A stretch of DNA of 64,000 bases, taken from an uncultured delta proteobacterium (GTDB lineage: Bacteria; Myxococcota_A; Polyangia; Polyangiales; Polyangiaceae). The notes beneath the pieces are model-generated. The model had not been told where the DNA came from and made no database searches. It saw only the letters and a program-made list of their open reading frames with translations. Of this stretch, positions 41,894 to 53,488 are shown one piece after another (the first letter of the stretch is position 1; every line of letters starts with the position of its first letter). The stretch spans positions 1-64,000 of the forward strand of contig CAWDXG010000002.1 in assembly GCA_963806225.1 (NCBI GenBank), in the 5' to 3' direction. A program made the position numbers and the translations under genes.

Positions 41894-43297
41894 ATGAAGA
41901 TCGATTTTCTGGGCGCTGCCCAGACTGTCACGGGCTCCATGCACCTGGTGCATACCAGCAGCGCGACGGTGCTGCTCGACTGCGGCCTGTTCCAGGGGCG
42001 GAGGCAGGAATCACTCGAGCGCAACAAGAACCTGCCGCTCGACCCCGACCGCATCGACGCCGTGGTGCTCTCGCACGCGCACATCGACCACTCGGGCGCC
42101 TTGCCGATGCTCGTCAAGCGCGGCTACGCCGGCCCCATCTTCACCACGCCGGCCACGCACGACCTGTGCGCCGCGATGCTGGCCGACTCCGCCCGGATCC
42201 AGGCGGCAGACGCCCGCTACATCAACAAGATGATCGAGCGCGAGCACTCCGGGATGGATCCGGTCGAGCCGCTCTACGACGAGGAGGACGTGGTCGACAC
42301 GCTCGGGCAGATGGTCGCGCTCGGCTACCACCGCCGTCACCAGGTCGCGCCGGGCGTCACGCTCACCTATCTCGACGCCGGCCACGTGCTGGGTAGTGCG
42401 ATCGTCGTGCTGGACATCGACGACGACGGGCAGGAGCAGCGACTGGTGTTCACCGGCGACCTGGGGCGGCGCCGCATCCCGATCCTGCGCGATCCGGAGA
42501 TCCCCGACGGCGCCCACGTGCTGCTCAGCGAGAGCACCTACGGCGACCGGCTGCACGACCCTGTCGAACGCATGGACGACGATCTGGCCAAGGTCCTGCA
42601 GCGCACGCACAAGCGCCATGGCAAGGTCGTGATCCCCTCGTTCGCGCTGGAGCGCGCGCAGGAGATCGTCTACGCGCTCAAGCGGCTGAAGAAGGCGGGG
42701 CGCATTCCGCGGATGCCGGTGTACGTCGATTCGCCGCTGACGGTGAAGATCACCGAGGTCTTCAAGATGCACCCCGAGTGCTACGACAAGGACGCCCGGA
42801 CGCTGCTCGCCAGCTCCGACTCGCCCTTCGAGTTCGACGGTCTCGAGTACATCACGGACAAGGAAGACTCGAAGGCCATCGACGCCGCCGACGAGTCGTC
42901 CATCATCATTTCCGCGAGCGGGATGTGCGAGGCGGGGCGCGTTCTGCACCACCTCAAGTCCACCATCGAGGACCCGAAGAACGCCGTGGTGATCGTCGGG
43001 TTCCAGGCGCAGCACACGCTCGGGCGCCGGCTGGTCGAACGGCGCGAGCGCGTGCGGATCTTCGGCGTGGAGCGGAACCTCCGCGCCGAAGTGACCGTGC
43101 TGAACGGCTTCAGCGCCCACGCCGACCAGGAGGATCTGATCGACTTCGCCGAGAAGGTCCGCGAGCGCGGCAAGCTCCGCGCCGTGGCGCTGGTCCACGG
43201 CGAGCCCAAGGCACAGGCCGTTCTCCGCGCACTGCTCGAGGAGCGCCATTTTCCGACCGTCCACGTCCCGGCCCGGGGCGAGACGATCCGGTTCTGA
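41894..43297 (+). CDS. MBL-fold beta-CASP RNA-processing hydrolase
   Basis: GAAQTVTGS, DCGLFQG, SHAHIDHSG, AGHVLGSA, FTGDLG, ESTYG, FSAHAD, LVHGE. Confidence 0.93.
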   Translation: MKIDFLGAAQTVTGSMHLVHTSSATVLLDCGLFQGRRQESLERNKNLPLDPDRIDAVVLSHAHIDHSGALPMLVKRGYAGPIFTTPATHDLCAAMLADSARIQAADARYINKMIEREHSGMDPVEPLYDEEDVVDTLGQMVALGYHRRHQVAPGVTLTYLDAGHVLGSAIVVLDIDDDGQEQRLVFTGDLGRRRIPILRDPEIPDGAHVLLSESTYGDRLHDPVERMDDDLAKVLQRTHKRHGKVVIPSFALERAQEIVYALKRLKKAGRIPRMPVYVDSPLTVKITEVFKMHPECYDKDARTLLASSDSPFEFDGLEYITDKEDSKAIDAADESSIIISASGMCEAGRVLHHLKSTIEDPKNAVVIVGFQAQHTLGRRLVERRERVRIFGVERNLRAEVTVLNGFSAHADQEDLIDFAEKVRERGKLRAVALVHGEPKAQAVLRALLEERHFPTVHVPARGETIRF

Positions 43298-43339
43298 ACG
43301 CACGCTGCACGCCCGCGGATTTTCGCCTACCCTCGGGCC

Positions 43340-43804
43340 ATGAGCGAACAGAGCCTGCAGGACCGCTACGCCCCAGAGAACCGCTGCTTCGGCTGCGGCC
43401 CCGCCAACGACAAGGGACTGCGCATCAAGAGCTTCGTCCGGGGCGACGACGTGGTGGCGAGCTTCCAGCCCGCGCCCCACCATCTCGCGTTCGAGGGCAT
43501 GCTGAACGGCGGCATCGCCGGCGCACTGCTCGACTGCCACAGCAACTGGACCGCCGCCTGGGCGATGATGCAGGACCGCGGTATCGACACGCCACCCTGC
43601 ACGGTCACCGCCGAATTCCACGTCAAACTGCGTGCGCCGACGCCGATGGACAAGCCGCTCGAGCTGCACGCCAAGCCGGTCAGCGTCGAGGGCGACAAGG
43701 TCGTCGTCGAGGCACGTATCGACGCGGGGGGAAAGACCACGGCCACCTGCCGCGGCGTGTTCGTCGCGGTCAAGGAGGGCCACCCGGCCTTCCACCGCTG
43801 GTAG
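43340..43804 (+). CDS. PaaI/hotdog-fold thioesterase
   Basis: CFGCGPAN..GL, GMLNGGI.GALLD, VTAEFHVKLRAPTP. Confidence 0.88.
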   Translation: MSEQSLQDRYAPENRCFGCGPANDKGLRIKSFVRGDDVVASFQPAPHHLAFEGMLNGGIAGALLDCHSNWTAAWAMMQDRGIDTPPCTVTAEFHVKLRAPTPMDKPLELHAKPVSVEGDKVVVEARIDAGGKTTATCRGVFVAVKEGHPAFHRW

Positions 43805-43807
43805 CGG

Positions 43808-44933
43808 CTACTTCACGACCGAGCCGAGATCCTGATCGACCTCGCGGGCCGAGCTCTCGAGGACCTTCGCGTACCAGCGGGTGTACTCCGTGCGGGCCAG
43901 GTACTCCGGCTTGTCGCCCTTGCTGGACGGGACCTTGTACAGCTCTAGATGTCCGAGCTTGTCGCGTGAGCCGTCGAAGTAGTCCACTTCGGCAACGAGA
44001 ATCCGCGGGCGAAGGCGGAGACGCGGGCTTTTCCACGTAGCTCATCACGCGCAGCCGCCCGAGCTTGTCGAGCCAGTTTCCGGCGGTCTCGTCCAGCTTC
44101 GTCGGCGAGGCCGCGTCCGCCCAGGCATCGCGCTTGTCCGGCATGCGAACCAGATCGCGGTGCGACTTGCCCTTGCTGACGCGCATGCGCTTGACCTCCT
44201 CGGGCTTGAACCCGTGCAGGTCGTGTTCCACCAGGCGCGACTCGGCAAACATCATGTTCCGGCTGATCTCGCCCGGAATCGCGTACACCAGGCCGGTGGC
44301 CTTTTCGCGCGCATAGCGGTCGCCGCCGCCGGGCGTCGTCCCGCCGAGCACCAGCGTGTGCTGCTTTCCGCCGATGACGACGTGGAGCGTGCCGCTCGGC
44401 TTGTCCAGGCCGAAGTCCGGCTCGCGCGACTTGTCGACCTTGCCGATGGACCGGTAGGCCATCAGCGGCGCCAGGCTCTTGACCAGCTTGTCGGCGCCCT
44501 CCACCGAGACAAAGCTCATCGCCTCGTGGTGCGTGACCATCTCCGGCTTCGCGGGCGGCTTCGGTTTCTCTGCTCCCGCGTCCCCCGACCTGGCTGCCGC
44601 GCCGCCGGCGTCCGTCGCCGTGGTGCCGGAGTCACCCGGTGCGCCCGCGTCGGTCGTTTCCGGGGGCGGCGTGGGTTTGGGACTCTGGTAGGTCCGGTCC
44701 ACCGTGCCGACGTACCAGTGCCCGTGAGCGTCCTTGTGGGCAACCAGCGTGACCTTGCGCTTGTCGCCGTCGAACTCGACGCGCTGGACCTGGTCCGGAG
44801 CGCCGGCCCAGACCTTCACCTGCTCGCGCGCCTCGGCCACGGGCTTGTCGCTCCGCGTCCACACGAGCAGCGCGAGCACGGCCGCCACCACCAGGAGCCC
44901 GCCGTGGAGCAGCAGTCCCTTGAAGCCGCTCAT
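43808..44933 (-). CDS. DUF4340-like protein (frameshift near 44000)
   Basis: N-terminal TM; FGLDKP...TLVLGGTTPGGGDRY. The true C-terminus (..VDQDLGSVVK, TAG 43808) is in another frame. Lies downstream of the GldG-like gene. Confidence 0.75.
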
Positions 44934-47221
44934 GCGTTGCCTGCCTTGTCCTTGGAGCGCCGCCGGCGCCGCGGGCGGCGCGAACGGCGGCTGAACAGAA
45001 GCCCGAGCCCGAGCACCAGCGCAGGCGCGCCGAAGATCGTCGCGTAGAACCAGATCAGGTCCTTCTGCTTGGTGTGCTGGATCGGCACGTCCTCTTCGGT
45101 GTTGACCTCGCCGGCGAAGCTCTCCTCACCGCCCAGCCAGCGCACCGCGTCCACGAACCAGAGCTGGTTGGTCATCACCCGCCCGAGCACCAGATCGCTG
45201 AAGGCATCCGCGTCGGCCAGCACGAAGGCGCGCATCTCGTCGGGACCGCCCTTCTTGCTGGCCGGCTTCTTCTTCTTCGCTCCGGCCGCGGGACTCTCCA
45301 CGGCCGCCGCGATGTTGAAGATGGAGCGCTTCTCGTTGTCGTCGAGCTTGTAGTCGTGATTCTCGTCGGCGAACGTGCCCGGCATCGTGCGCACGGCAAA
45401 GTCGACCTTGTCGGTCGAGCCTGGAGCGCGCTCCAGGCTGCCCGCGCCGAACACCACGACGGCCGCCCCGCGCGATGCGTTGCGGCTCAGCGTCGAGACC
45501 GAGGCGTGCGACGAGAAGCGATTCGTCACCAGCTGGACGCGGTCGGAGTCGTTGAAGCGACGGCGCACGTAGTTGCGGTCGTTCGCCAGGATCGCCGGGT
45601 CGAGCGTCAGGCCGACGACGTGCGCCAGCGCCTCGAGGCCGCTGAGGGTCGAGGCGTCGCCGGCGCCGCTGCCCGGCTGCTCGCTGCCCGGTGCAGCGGG
45701 CAGGGCCGAGCCGGCGGGCGGCGGGCTCTTCTCGGCGGCCTTGCCGGAATGGGCCGGGACGGGCGGGTCCGCGTGTCCGGCGGGAGCGCCCGACGCCGCA
45801 CCGAGCGGCGCGTCGGAGAGCGCGAGGTTCGCCGAAGGCAACGCGTCCGGGTCCAGCGCCATCAGCACGTGCCCGCCTCGCTTCACGTAGCGCTGGAGCG
45901 ACGCGACCTCCTCGGGTGCGAACGGCTGCGACGGACCGAGAATCAACACGAGGTCCGCGTCCTTGGGCACATCACTCGCCAGGCCCTGTGACAGACCGAG
46001 GTTCTTTACAACGTAGTTCTGCCGCTGCAGGAGCAAGCGGGCGATCCGCGACGAGCGCCCGTTGTTCTTCGGGCTGGCGGCCTCGGCGTCGGAGATCTCG
46101 CCGTGCCCGACGGTGAGGTAGGCCGTGCGCTCGGACCGCACCAGCTTCAAGAGCTTGGCCTGGAAGTCGCGGTCCAGCGTCTTGAGCTTGGGCCGCGCGT
46201 CCTTCATGTCTGTGCCGATGTCGAGCGTCTCCGTCGTCTCGCCCTTGGCGAGCACGATGATCCCGTCGCGCATGGCGTGCAGCTTGCGGGACAGCTTCGG
46301 CACCAGCAGCCGGTCCTTGATCTGGACCTGCAGTTTCGGCACGCCGCGTGAGAGATCGTCGAGGTAGTGCTTCACCTGCGTGCGCACGTCGTTCACGTCC
46401 GGGAAGAACGCGATGACTTTCACCGGCTTGTCCAGCGCATCCGCCATCTTGCGGGTGGACTCGCTGGGCTTCGAGGTCTTGAAGTACGAGTAGTCGACGC
46501 GGAGATCGACGCCCTGCGCGGCGTACACGAACAGCGCACCGTACACCGCGGCGAGCACCAGCATCAGCCCGCTAGCGGCGGCCGCGCGTACCCGGCGGCT
46601 CTCGGGGCGCTCCGCATGCCGCATGGGATAGAGCGCGCCCTCGGCAAACAGCATGGGCACGACGCTCAACCCGACAAGCGCGATCCAGAGAACCGTCAGC
46701 ACGCCCTCGACACGGTCGCGCGTGACGGTCTGGGCCGTATCGAGCCCCAGCTTGGCTGTTCCCCAGTCGGTCGTGGCGAAGTACAGCGCCAACCCGACCA
46801 GCCCCGTGATCGACAGCGCGGCGAGCAGGCGCTCGATGTGCCGCCGCTCGCCGCCTACACGGAAGCGCGGTGAGAAGCGCACGCCCGTCGCCAGGACCAC
46901 CGCAGCCAGACCTGTGCCGCTGAAGACCCAGTGCCAGGTCGGGTTCGCGGAAAGCACCCGTTCGCCCAGGTACACGAGCACCAGGCCGACGACGTAGAGC
47001 GGCACCACCCACGCCGGCGCTGGGCGGCCGTGCGGAGAGCCCGCCGGCGCGACAGGCGGAGGGCCACTGCCCCCCTGCTTTCCCGCCTCACCGCCGGCTT
47101 CGGCATCCGCGGGCACGGCGGCCTCCGCAGACGGGTCGACGGCAGCCGCCCCGGCGGATCCCTCGCCAGCACCCGGGGCCTCTTCCTCCTCGCGCCCGGG
47201 GCGCTCCTCGTCTACCGCCAT
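44930..47221 (-). CDS. GldG-like ABC-type auxiliary component
   Basis: Five N-terminal TMs; AYLTVGHGE, VPKDADLVLILGP.QPF..EE..L.RY..RGG; C-terminal TM plus Arg tail. Confidence 0.85.
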   Translation of the reverse strand: MAVDEERPGREEEEAPGAGEGSAGAAAVDPSAEAAVPADAEAGGEAGKQGGSGPPPVAPAGSPHGRPAPAWVVPLYVVGLVLVYLGERVLSANPTWHWVFSGTGLAAVVLATGVRFSPRFRVGGERRHIERLLAALSITGLVGLALYFATTDWGTAKLGLDTAQTVTRDRVEGVLTVLWIALVGLSVVPMLFAEGALYPMRHAERPESRRVRAAAASGLMLVLAAVYGALFVYAAQGVDLRVDYSYFKTSKPSESTRKMADALDKPVKVIAFFPDVNDVRTQVKHYLDDLSRGVPKLQVQIKDRLLVPKLSRKLHAMRDGIIVLAKGETTETLDIGTDMKDARPKLKTLDRDFQAKLLKLVRSERTAYLTVGHGEISDAEAASPKNNGRSSRIARLLLQRQNYVVKNLGLSQGLASDVPKDADLVLILGPSQPFAPEEVASLQRYVKRGGHVLMALDPDALPSANLALSDAPLGAASGAPAGHADPPVPAHSGKAAEKSPPPAGSALPAAPGSEQPGSGAGDASTLSGLEALAHVVGLTLDPAILANDRNYVRRRFNDSDRVQLVTNRFSSHASVSTLSRNASRGAAVVVFGAGSLERAPGSTDKVDFAVRTMPGTFADENHDYKLDDNEKRSIFNIAAAVESPAAGAKKKKPASKKGGPDEMRAFVLADADAFSDLVLGRVMTNQLWFVDAVRWLGGEESFAGEVNTEEDVPIQHTKQKDLIWFYATIFGAPALVLGLGLLFSRRSRRPRRRRRSKDKAGNA

Positions 47222-47934
47222 CGGCGCGCCTCCAGGCTCTTCGTGGCAGCCAGCAGGAAGAAATAGCTGACGGCGATGTAGTAGACGACGTGCGACAGCT
47301 CGAGCGTGCCGACCATGAAGGCGCGTTGGTTCTCGTGGTGCAGTGCCAGCGCCGCCAGGAACGTGTTGAGCGGCGGATCGGTCGCGCGCGCGATCGCCCA
47401 GAGCAGGAGCATCGGCACCAGGATCACCACACCGACGATCGCCGCTACCACCTGCGACTTCGCCAGCGACGACGCGAACAGGCCGATCGAGACGGTGGCC
47501 GCGCCGAGCAAGAGCAGCCCGAGGTATCCGACCACGATATGCCCGACGCTGACCTTGCCGTTCACGAAGATGAGCAGCGGCATGTACACGGTCAGCACGG
47601 TCGTGAGCGCGATCATGCCGAACGCCGACAGGAACTTGCCGAGCACGATGTCGCGGTCACGGATCGGCGCGGTGTTCAGCAGCGTCAGCGTGCCGGTCTG
47701 CCGCTCCTCGGCCAGAAGCCGCATGCTGAGCACGATGCTGGCCACCATCGTCGCGCCGCTCGCACCGTAGAAGAACTGCTGCAGCACCTGCGCGCTCAGC
47801 AGCTTTTCCGTCAGCCCCTGCCAGTAAAAATAGATGCCATCGAAGAGCAGAACGCCGGCGATGATGACCGAGCCGAGCGGCGAGCGCAGATACGCGTACA
47901 GCTCGCGGCGGGCGATGAGCAGAGCGCGGCTCAT
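47212..47934 (-). CDS. ABC-2 type permease (GldF-like)
   Basis: IARRELYAYLRSP, SMRLLAEERQTGTL.LL.TAP...IVLGKF, IGLFASSLAKSQVVAA. Confidence 0.92.
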   Translation of the reverse strand: MSRALLIARRELYAYLRSPLGSVIIAGVLLFDGIYFYWQGLTEKLLSAQVLQQFFYGASGATMVASIVLSMRLLAEERQTGTLTLLNTAPIRDRDIVLGKFLSAFGMIALTTVLTVYMPLLIFVNGKVSVGHIVVGYLGLLLLGAATVSIGLFASSLAKSQVVAAIVGVVILVPMLLLWAIARATDPPLNTFLAALALHHENQRAFMVGTLELSHVVYYIAVSYFFLLAATKSLEARRWR

Positions 47935-48959
47935 GGCTGCTCCTCGGCCGGCGGCAGCGGCGCCTCTGGTTTCGGTGCACGCCGTCGCCGCTTGCGCTTG
48001 GCGCGCTTGAGCCCCTCGACGGGTGCGGAAAGCTGCAGGAACACACTCTCGAGCTCGTGCTCGCTGCGTGCCAGCTGGAGGATGCCGACATCCGCCTGGA
48101 CCAGCGCGCGGCACAGGGCGTCCCGCACGTCCTTCGAGGCCTGGACGCTGTAGCTGACGACGCCCTTGCCGGGCTCCAGCGGATCGATCTCTTCCACTTC
48201 CTGTACGCCGTCGACACCGCCGATCACGGCCTCGACCCCGGCGCGCTCGCGATCGCCGAGGCGTAGGCTCACGTCGACCCGCATACCGGACAAGAGCCGT
48301 TCGGACAGCTCCGCCTCGGTTCCAGAAGCCACGATCTGCCCGTCGCGGATCACCAGGATGCGATCGCAGGTTTCGCTGATCTCCGAGAGGATGTGGCTCG
48401 AGACGACGACCGTGTGCTCGCCGCCAAGGCTCCGCACCAGGTCGCGCATCTCGACGATCTGCACCGGGTCCAGCCCCGAGATGGGCTCATCCAGCACCAC
48501 CAGCGCGGGCCGGTGCAGGATCGCCTGGGCGATGCCGACGCGCTGGCGGTAGCCGTGCGACAGCGACAGGATGAGATCGTCGAGCACGCCGCCGATCTCG
48601 GTGAGCTCGGCGACCTCGGCGATGCGCCGGTCGATGTCCGCCCGGCTCATGCTGCGCAGCTTCCCGGCGAAAGCCAGGTACTCGCGCACGCGCATTTCAC
48701 CGTAGAGCGGCGGCACGTCCGGCAGGTAGCCGATGCGCTGCTTGACCTCCTCGGGCCTCTCCACCACGTCCACCCCGTCGACGCGGACGGTGCCGCTCGT
48801 CGGCAGGAGGTCGCAGGCCAGCACGCGCAGCGTGGTGGTCTTTCCGGCGCCGTTCAGGCCCAGGAGCCCGACGATCTCGCCCTTTTCTATGCGGGCGGTC
48901 ACCGGGCCGATGGCGCGACGATCGCCGTAGTATTTGTGCAGCTCGCGGATCTCGATCAC
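47931..48959 (-). CDS. ABC transporter ATP-binding protein (GldA-like)
   Basis: GLNGAGKTT, LSHGYRQR, VVLDEP.SGLDP, SSHILSE. Start at GTG 48959. Confidence 0.95.
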   Translation of the reverse strand: MIEIRELHKYYGDRRAIGPVTARIEKGEIVGLLGLNGAGKTTTLRVLACDLLPTSGTVRVDGVDVVERPEEVKQRIGYLPDVPPLYGEMRVREYLAFAGKLRSMSRADIDRRIAEVAELTEIGGVLDDLILSLSHGYRQRVGIAQAILHRPALVVLDEPISGLDPVQIVEMRDLVRSLGGEHTVVVSSHILSEISETCDRILVIRDGQIVASGTEAELSERLLSGMRVDVSLRLGDRERAGVEAVIGGVDGVQEVEEIDPLEPGKGVVSYSVQASKDVRDALCRALVQADVGILQLARSEHELESVFLQLSAPVEGLKRAKRKRRRRAPKPEAPLPPAEEQP

Positions 48960-49139
48960 GGCTTGGCTCTGGTTTGTGCCGGAACCCGCGCCCAACTGGC
49001 TTTTCCAGCTGGCGCGACAACCCCGGGGCACGAATCAAGAACAGGGCGGGGTTATTCCCCGACCGGGCCCCGGATCGCAACCCATTGTCGAGGCGGCTGG
49101 CTCGATCCAGCGATGCACGGCAGAGTAGCCGCCAGCCAG

Positions 49140-50378
<1,239 letters not shown>

Positions 50379-50412
50379 CCGCCGCGCGCCGCGCGCGTAC
50401 CGATGAAGGCCG

Positions 50413-50728
50413 ATGCGACGAGCGAGCTGGGGACGGCATCTCGGCAGCGCCATCGTGCTGCTGTTCGCGCTGGATGTGGCCTCTGCGGCGTGGGCCGCAG
50501 AATCCCGCGCCGGCAGCGTCGGCCAGCGCGGCGCCGGCCGCGACAGCCAGCGCGGCAGCGCCCGCGGCGAGCGCCGCAGCCGGCGGTCGCGCTCACGCCA
50601 GGGGTCTCTTCCACGGTCACGCGCGGCGCCCCATCTTCCTGGGTCTGCTCGCAGCGGCGTTTCTTATCATCGGCGCGCTGGCCGGCGCCAACGACCGGCC
50701 CGGCGGCGATCCGCCCAAGACCACGTAG
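50413..50728 (+). CDS. Small exported/membrane protein (probable frameshift near 50505)
   Basis: Signal peptide in one frame; Ala/Pro linker and TM (IFLGLLAAAFLIIGALAG) in the next frame. Confidence 0.5.
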
Positions 50729-50784
50729 CGAGTCCGGCGAGGGGCTTCGTCGCCTGGACAGCTCTGGGCCGCCTGGAAGCGTCC

Positions 50785-52290
50785 CTACAGCTGCGTACGG
50801 ATCACGCGGCCCTTCAACGTCGCCGTGCTGGCGGGGGCCGGCTTCTTGTTCGACAGCACCTGCTTGGCGTGCTGGGCCTTCTGGAACGCCTGGAGCGCCG
50901 CGCGCTTGTTCGCGGCCGCCGCTTCGGCCTCGGCCTTCTTCTGCTCTGCCTCCTGCTCGGCGGCAGCCTTCTTGGACGCGGACTTCTCGTTGTCGGCCCT
51001 CTTCTGCGCGTCGACGGCCTCCTGCTCGAGCTTCTTCTTCTCTGCGATGGCCTTGTCGAGCGCCGCCTTCTGCGCGAGGGCCTTCGCTTCCGCCGCTTTC
51101 TGCTGGGCTTCCTGCTCCGCTCGCGCGCTCGCCGCTGCGCGGGCGGCCTGCGCTTTCGCGGCCGCAGCCGTAGCGCGGAAGTGCAGTGCCACGCCCGTGC
51201 CTCCCCCGACCAGCAGGAGCACGACGACGCCCAGCGCAACGAACATGCCCGCCTTGCTCTTCTTCTGCTGCAGCGGCTGTGCCGACCCGGACCCGGAGAA
51301 CGAGCCGGTGCTCGACCAGACTCCGGGCGTGCCCGTCTGGATCGGCTGCCCCGGCGTGACGACGCTGGGCATCGAGGCGCGCTGCTGGGCCGCACCCGGG
51401 CCGGACGGCAGGGCTTCAGGCCCGACACCCGTCTGCGCCCAGGCATCCAGCGCTTGCTGGAACTCCTCGGCCGTCTGGTAGCGATGCGCCGCTTCGCGCG
51501 CCATGCCCCTGGCGATGATCGCGGCGAAGCCGGGATCGATGTCCGGGACCAGCTGCTCCACCGGCGGCGGCTGCTCGAGCACGATCTTGAACAAGAGCTC
51601 GTTGAACGTGTCGGCGTTGAAGGGGACCTGGCCGGTCACGCTCTCGTAGAGGATGACGCCCACCGCGTATAGATCCGCGCGATGGTCCATTTCCTTCGCG
51701 CCCTTCGCCTGCTCCGGCGACATGTAGTACGGCGTGCCCATCACGGCGCCGGTGCGCGTCATGCTGAAGCCGCTCTCGCCCGATAGCTGGCTGAACTTGG
51801 AGATCCCGAAGTCGAGGAGCTTGGCGAAGTCCGCCTGGCCTCTGCGTCCCTTGAGCAGGTAGACGTTGTCGGGCTTCAGATCGCGGTGGATGATGCCCGC
51901 GCCGTGCGCCGCCTCGAGCCCCTCGAGCATCTGGCGCGCGATCGGGTAGAGCTGGGCGGGCGATAGCCGCCCGTACGACTGGATCCGATCCGACAGGCTT
52001 TCGCCGTCGAGGAACTCCATGACCATGTAGCGGTCGCCGTTGGCCAGATTGCCCAGATCGAGGACCTCGACGATGTGCTCCGAGCCGATGCGTCCGGCGG
52101 CCTGCGCCTCGCGCTCGAAGCGCTGCACGGCATCCGCGTTCTCGGCGACCCCCGCGTGCAGCACCTTGATGGCGACGCGCCGGTGGATGCGCAGGTTCTC
52201 GCCCTCGTAGACCGCACCCATGCCACCCTCGCCGATCAAGCGAACGATGCGGTACTTCTCGTCGATGATGTCGCCGGTCGTCAGAGCCAT
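50785..52290 (-). CDS. Membrane Ser/Thr protein kinase with C-terminal coiled coil
   Basis: IGEGGMGAVY, VAIKVL, HRDLKPDN, DFGISK, GTPYYMSPEQ; then a TM and an A/K/E/Q-rich tail. Confidence 0.95.
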   Translation of the reverse strand: MALTTGDIIDEKYRIVRLIGEGGMGAVYEGENLRIHRRVAIKVLHAGVAENADAVQRFEREAQAAGRIGSEHIVEVLDLGNLANGDRYMVMEFLDGESLSDRIQSYGRLSPAQLYPIARQMLEGLEAAHGAGIIHRDLKPDNVYLLKGRRGQADFAKLLDFGISKFSQLSGESGFSMTRTGAVMGTPYYMSPEQAKGAKEMDHRADLYAVGVILYESVTGQVPFNADTFNELLFKIVLEQPPPVEQLVPDIDPGFAAIIARGMAREAAHRYQTAEEFQQALDAWAQTGVGPEALPSGPGAAQQRASMPSVVTPGQPIQTGTPGVWSSTGSFSGSGSAQPLQQKKSKAGMFVALGVVVLLLVGGGTGVALHFRATAAAAKAQAARAAASARAEQEAQQKAAEAKALAQKAALDKAIAEKKKLEQEAVDAQKRADNEKSASKKAAAEQEAEQKKAEAEAAAANKRAALQAFQKAQHAKQVLSNKKPAPASTATLKGRVIRTQL

Positions 52291-52391
52291 CCGCGGGCCG
52301 CCATTCCCTTGACGTAGATCAAATCGACGCTAACACAGCCGGAAGCTTCCTGCCCAGCGCAGCGGCGCCCGCATGCGGATTTGCGGAAGGG

Positions 52392-53423
52392 CTAGAAACG
52401 CCCGGAAACCGACACACCACCCCCGCCAGGACCCACGGCTGGACTGAAGCGCAGGGCGGTGTCCTTCTGCGCCGGGACTTCCGGACGGTCCAGGTACAGC
52501 ACCGCGGTCACTCCCGCCGCCACAACCGCGCCGCCGAACAGCACGTCGGTGACCAGGTTCATGGTCTTGCCGCTGCTCCTCAGGCTGCTGGCCGCCGCTG
52601 GGTCGCTACCATCGTTGGCCGCGTTGAAATCGCTCTTCTTTTTCAGCGCCAGGGCTCCCGTGACGCCGGCGCCGACCGCAAGCGCGCCGGTCGCGGCCAA
52701 CCCGATGAACACGCCGGTCGGGACCGGACGCGTGAGGGTCGGCGGAGGCGCCGTCCCAGCGCTGGTCCCGGCCGCCGCGGGCGTGGTCGGAGGCGTGGTC
52801 GGAACCGGCGCCGCCGAGGGCTTCTGCAGCTCGAAGACATGCGAGACGCTCCCGCTGGGCTGCGCGTCGAACACCCATTGTGCGTCGGTGTAGCCGTCGA
52901 GGTGCGCCGTGATGCGGTGGTGGCCCGGTCGGATCCCGAGCGCGAGCTCGCCGCCCTTCGACGCGTAGCGATTGACGACCGGTTCGCCGCGCACCGGGAT
53001 CCGTTCGTCGACGTAGGACGCTCCAGCGGGCTTCGACTGCAGCTTCAGCGTCACCACGCTGGCTTGGAGCGTGGACAGATCGCGGCTGAACTGCGCGCGC
53101 TCCGCGGCACCCAGCTGCGTGCCGCCCCCTTGCAGGTACTTCTTGTAGGCGTCGATGGCTTCGCCGTCGCGCTCGAGCTTCATCGCGCAGATACCGAGAT
53201 TGCCGAGGATCTTCCACGAGGGCGATTCGGCATATGCGGCCTTGAACTCGCGGTAGGCCTCTTCGTAGCGGGCTCCGTCCGGGTCCTGCATGAAGTTCAC
53301 GCCGGCGCTGAAGTGCTTCCGCGCCGCGTCGGTGATGGGCACGTCGCCGGCCAGCGCCGGTGCCGCGACCGCCAGGACCAGCGCGCCGATGGCTCCCGGC
53401 ATCAGGCGAAATCGAATGGGCAT
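52392..53423 (-). CDS. Secreted TPR/PEGA-like protein
   Basis: Signal peptide; TPR-like helices (ARKHF..G..YEEAYREFKAAY..NLGIC..AIDAYKKYL); PEGA-like beta domain; hydrophobic C-terminal region ending GRF. Confidence 0.75.
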   Translation of the reverse strand: MPIRFRLMPGAIGALVLAVAAPALAGDVPITDAARKHFSAGVNFMQDPDGARYEEAYREFKAAYAESPSWKILGNLGICAMKLERDGEAIDAYKKYLQGGGTQLGAAERAQFSRDLSTLQASVVTLKLQSKPAGASYVDERIPVRGEPVVNRYASKGGELALGIRPGHHRITAHLDGYTDAQWVFDAQPSGSVSHVFELQKPSAAPVPTTPPTTPAAAGTSAGTAPPPTLTRPVPTGVFIGLAATGALAVGAGVTGALALKKKSDFNAANDGSDPAAASSLRSSGKTMNLVTDVLFGGAVVAAGVTAVLYLDRPEVPAQKDTALRFSPAVGPGGGGVSVSGRF

Positions 53424-53488
53424 GTCGATTCGAGAGCTTGCCTCCTGTCAATGCTTGAAGGCAAGTGCCGGGCGGCATCGGCCCCTCG

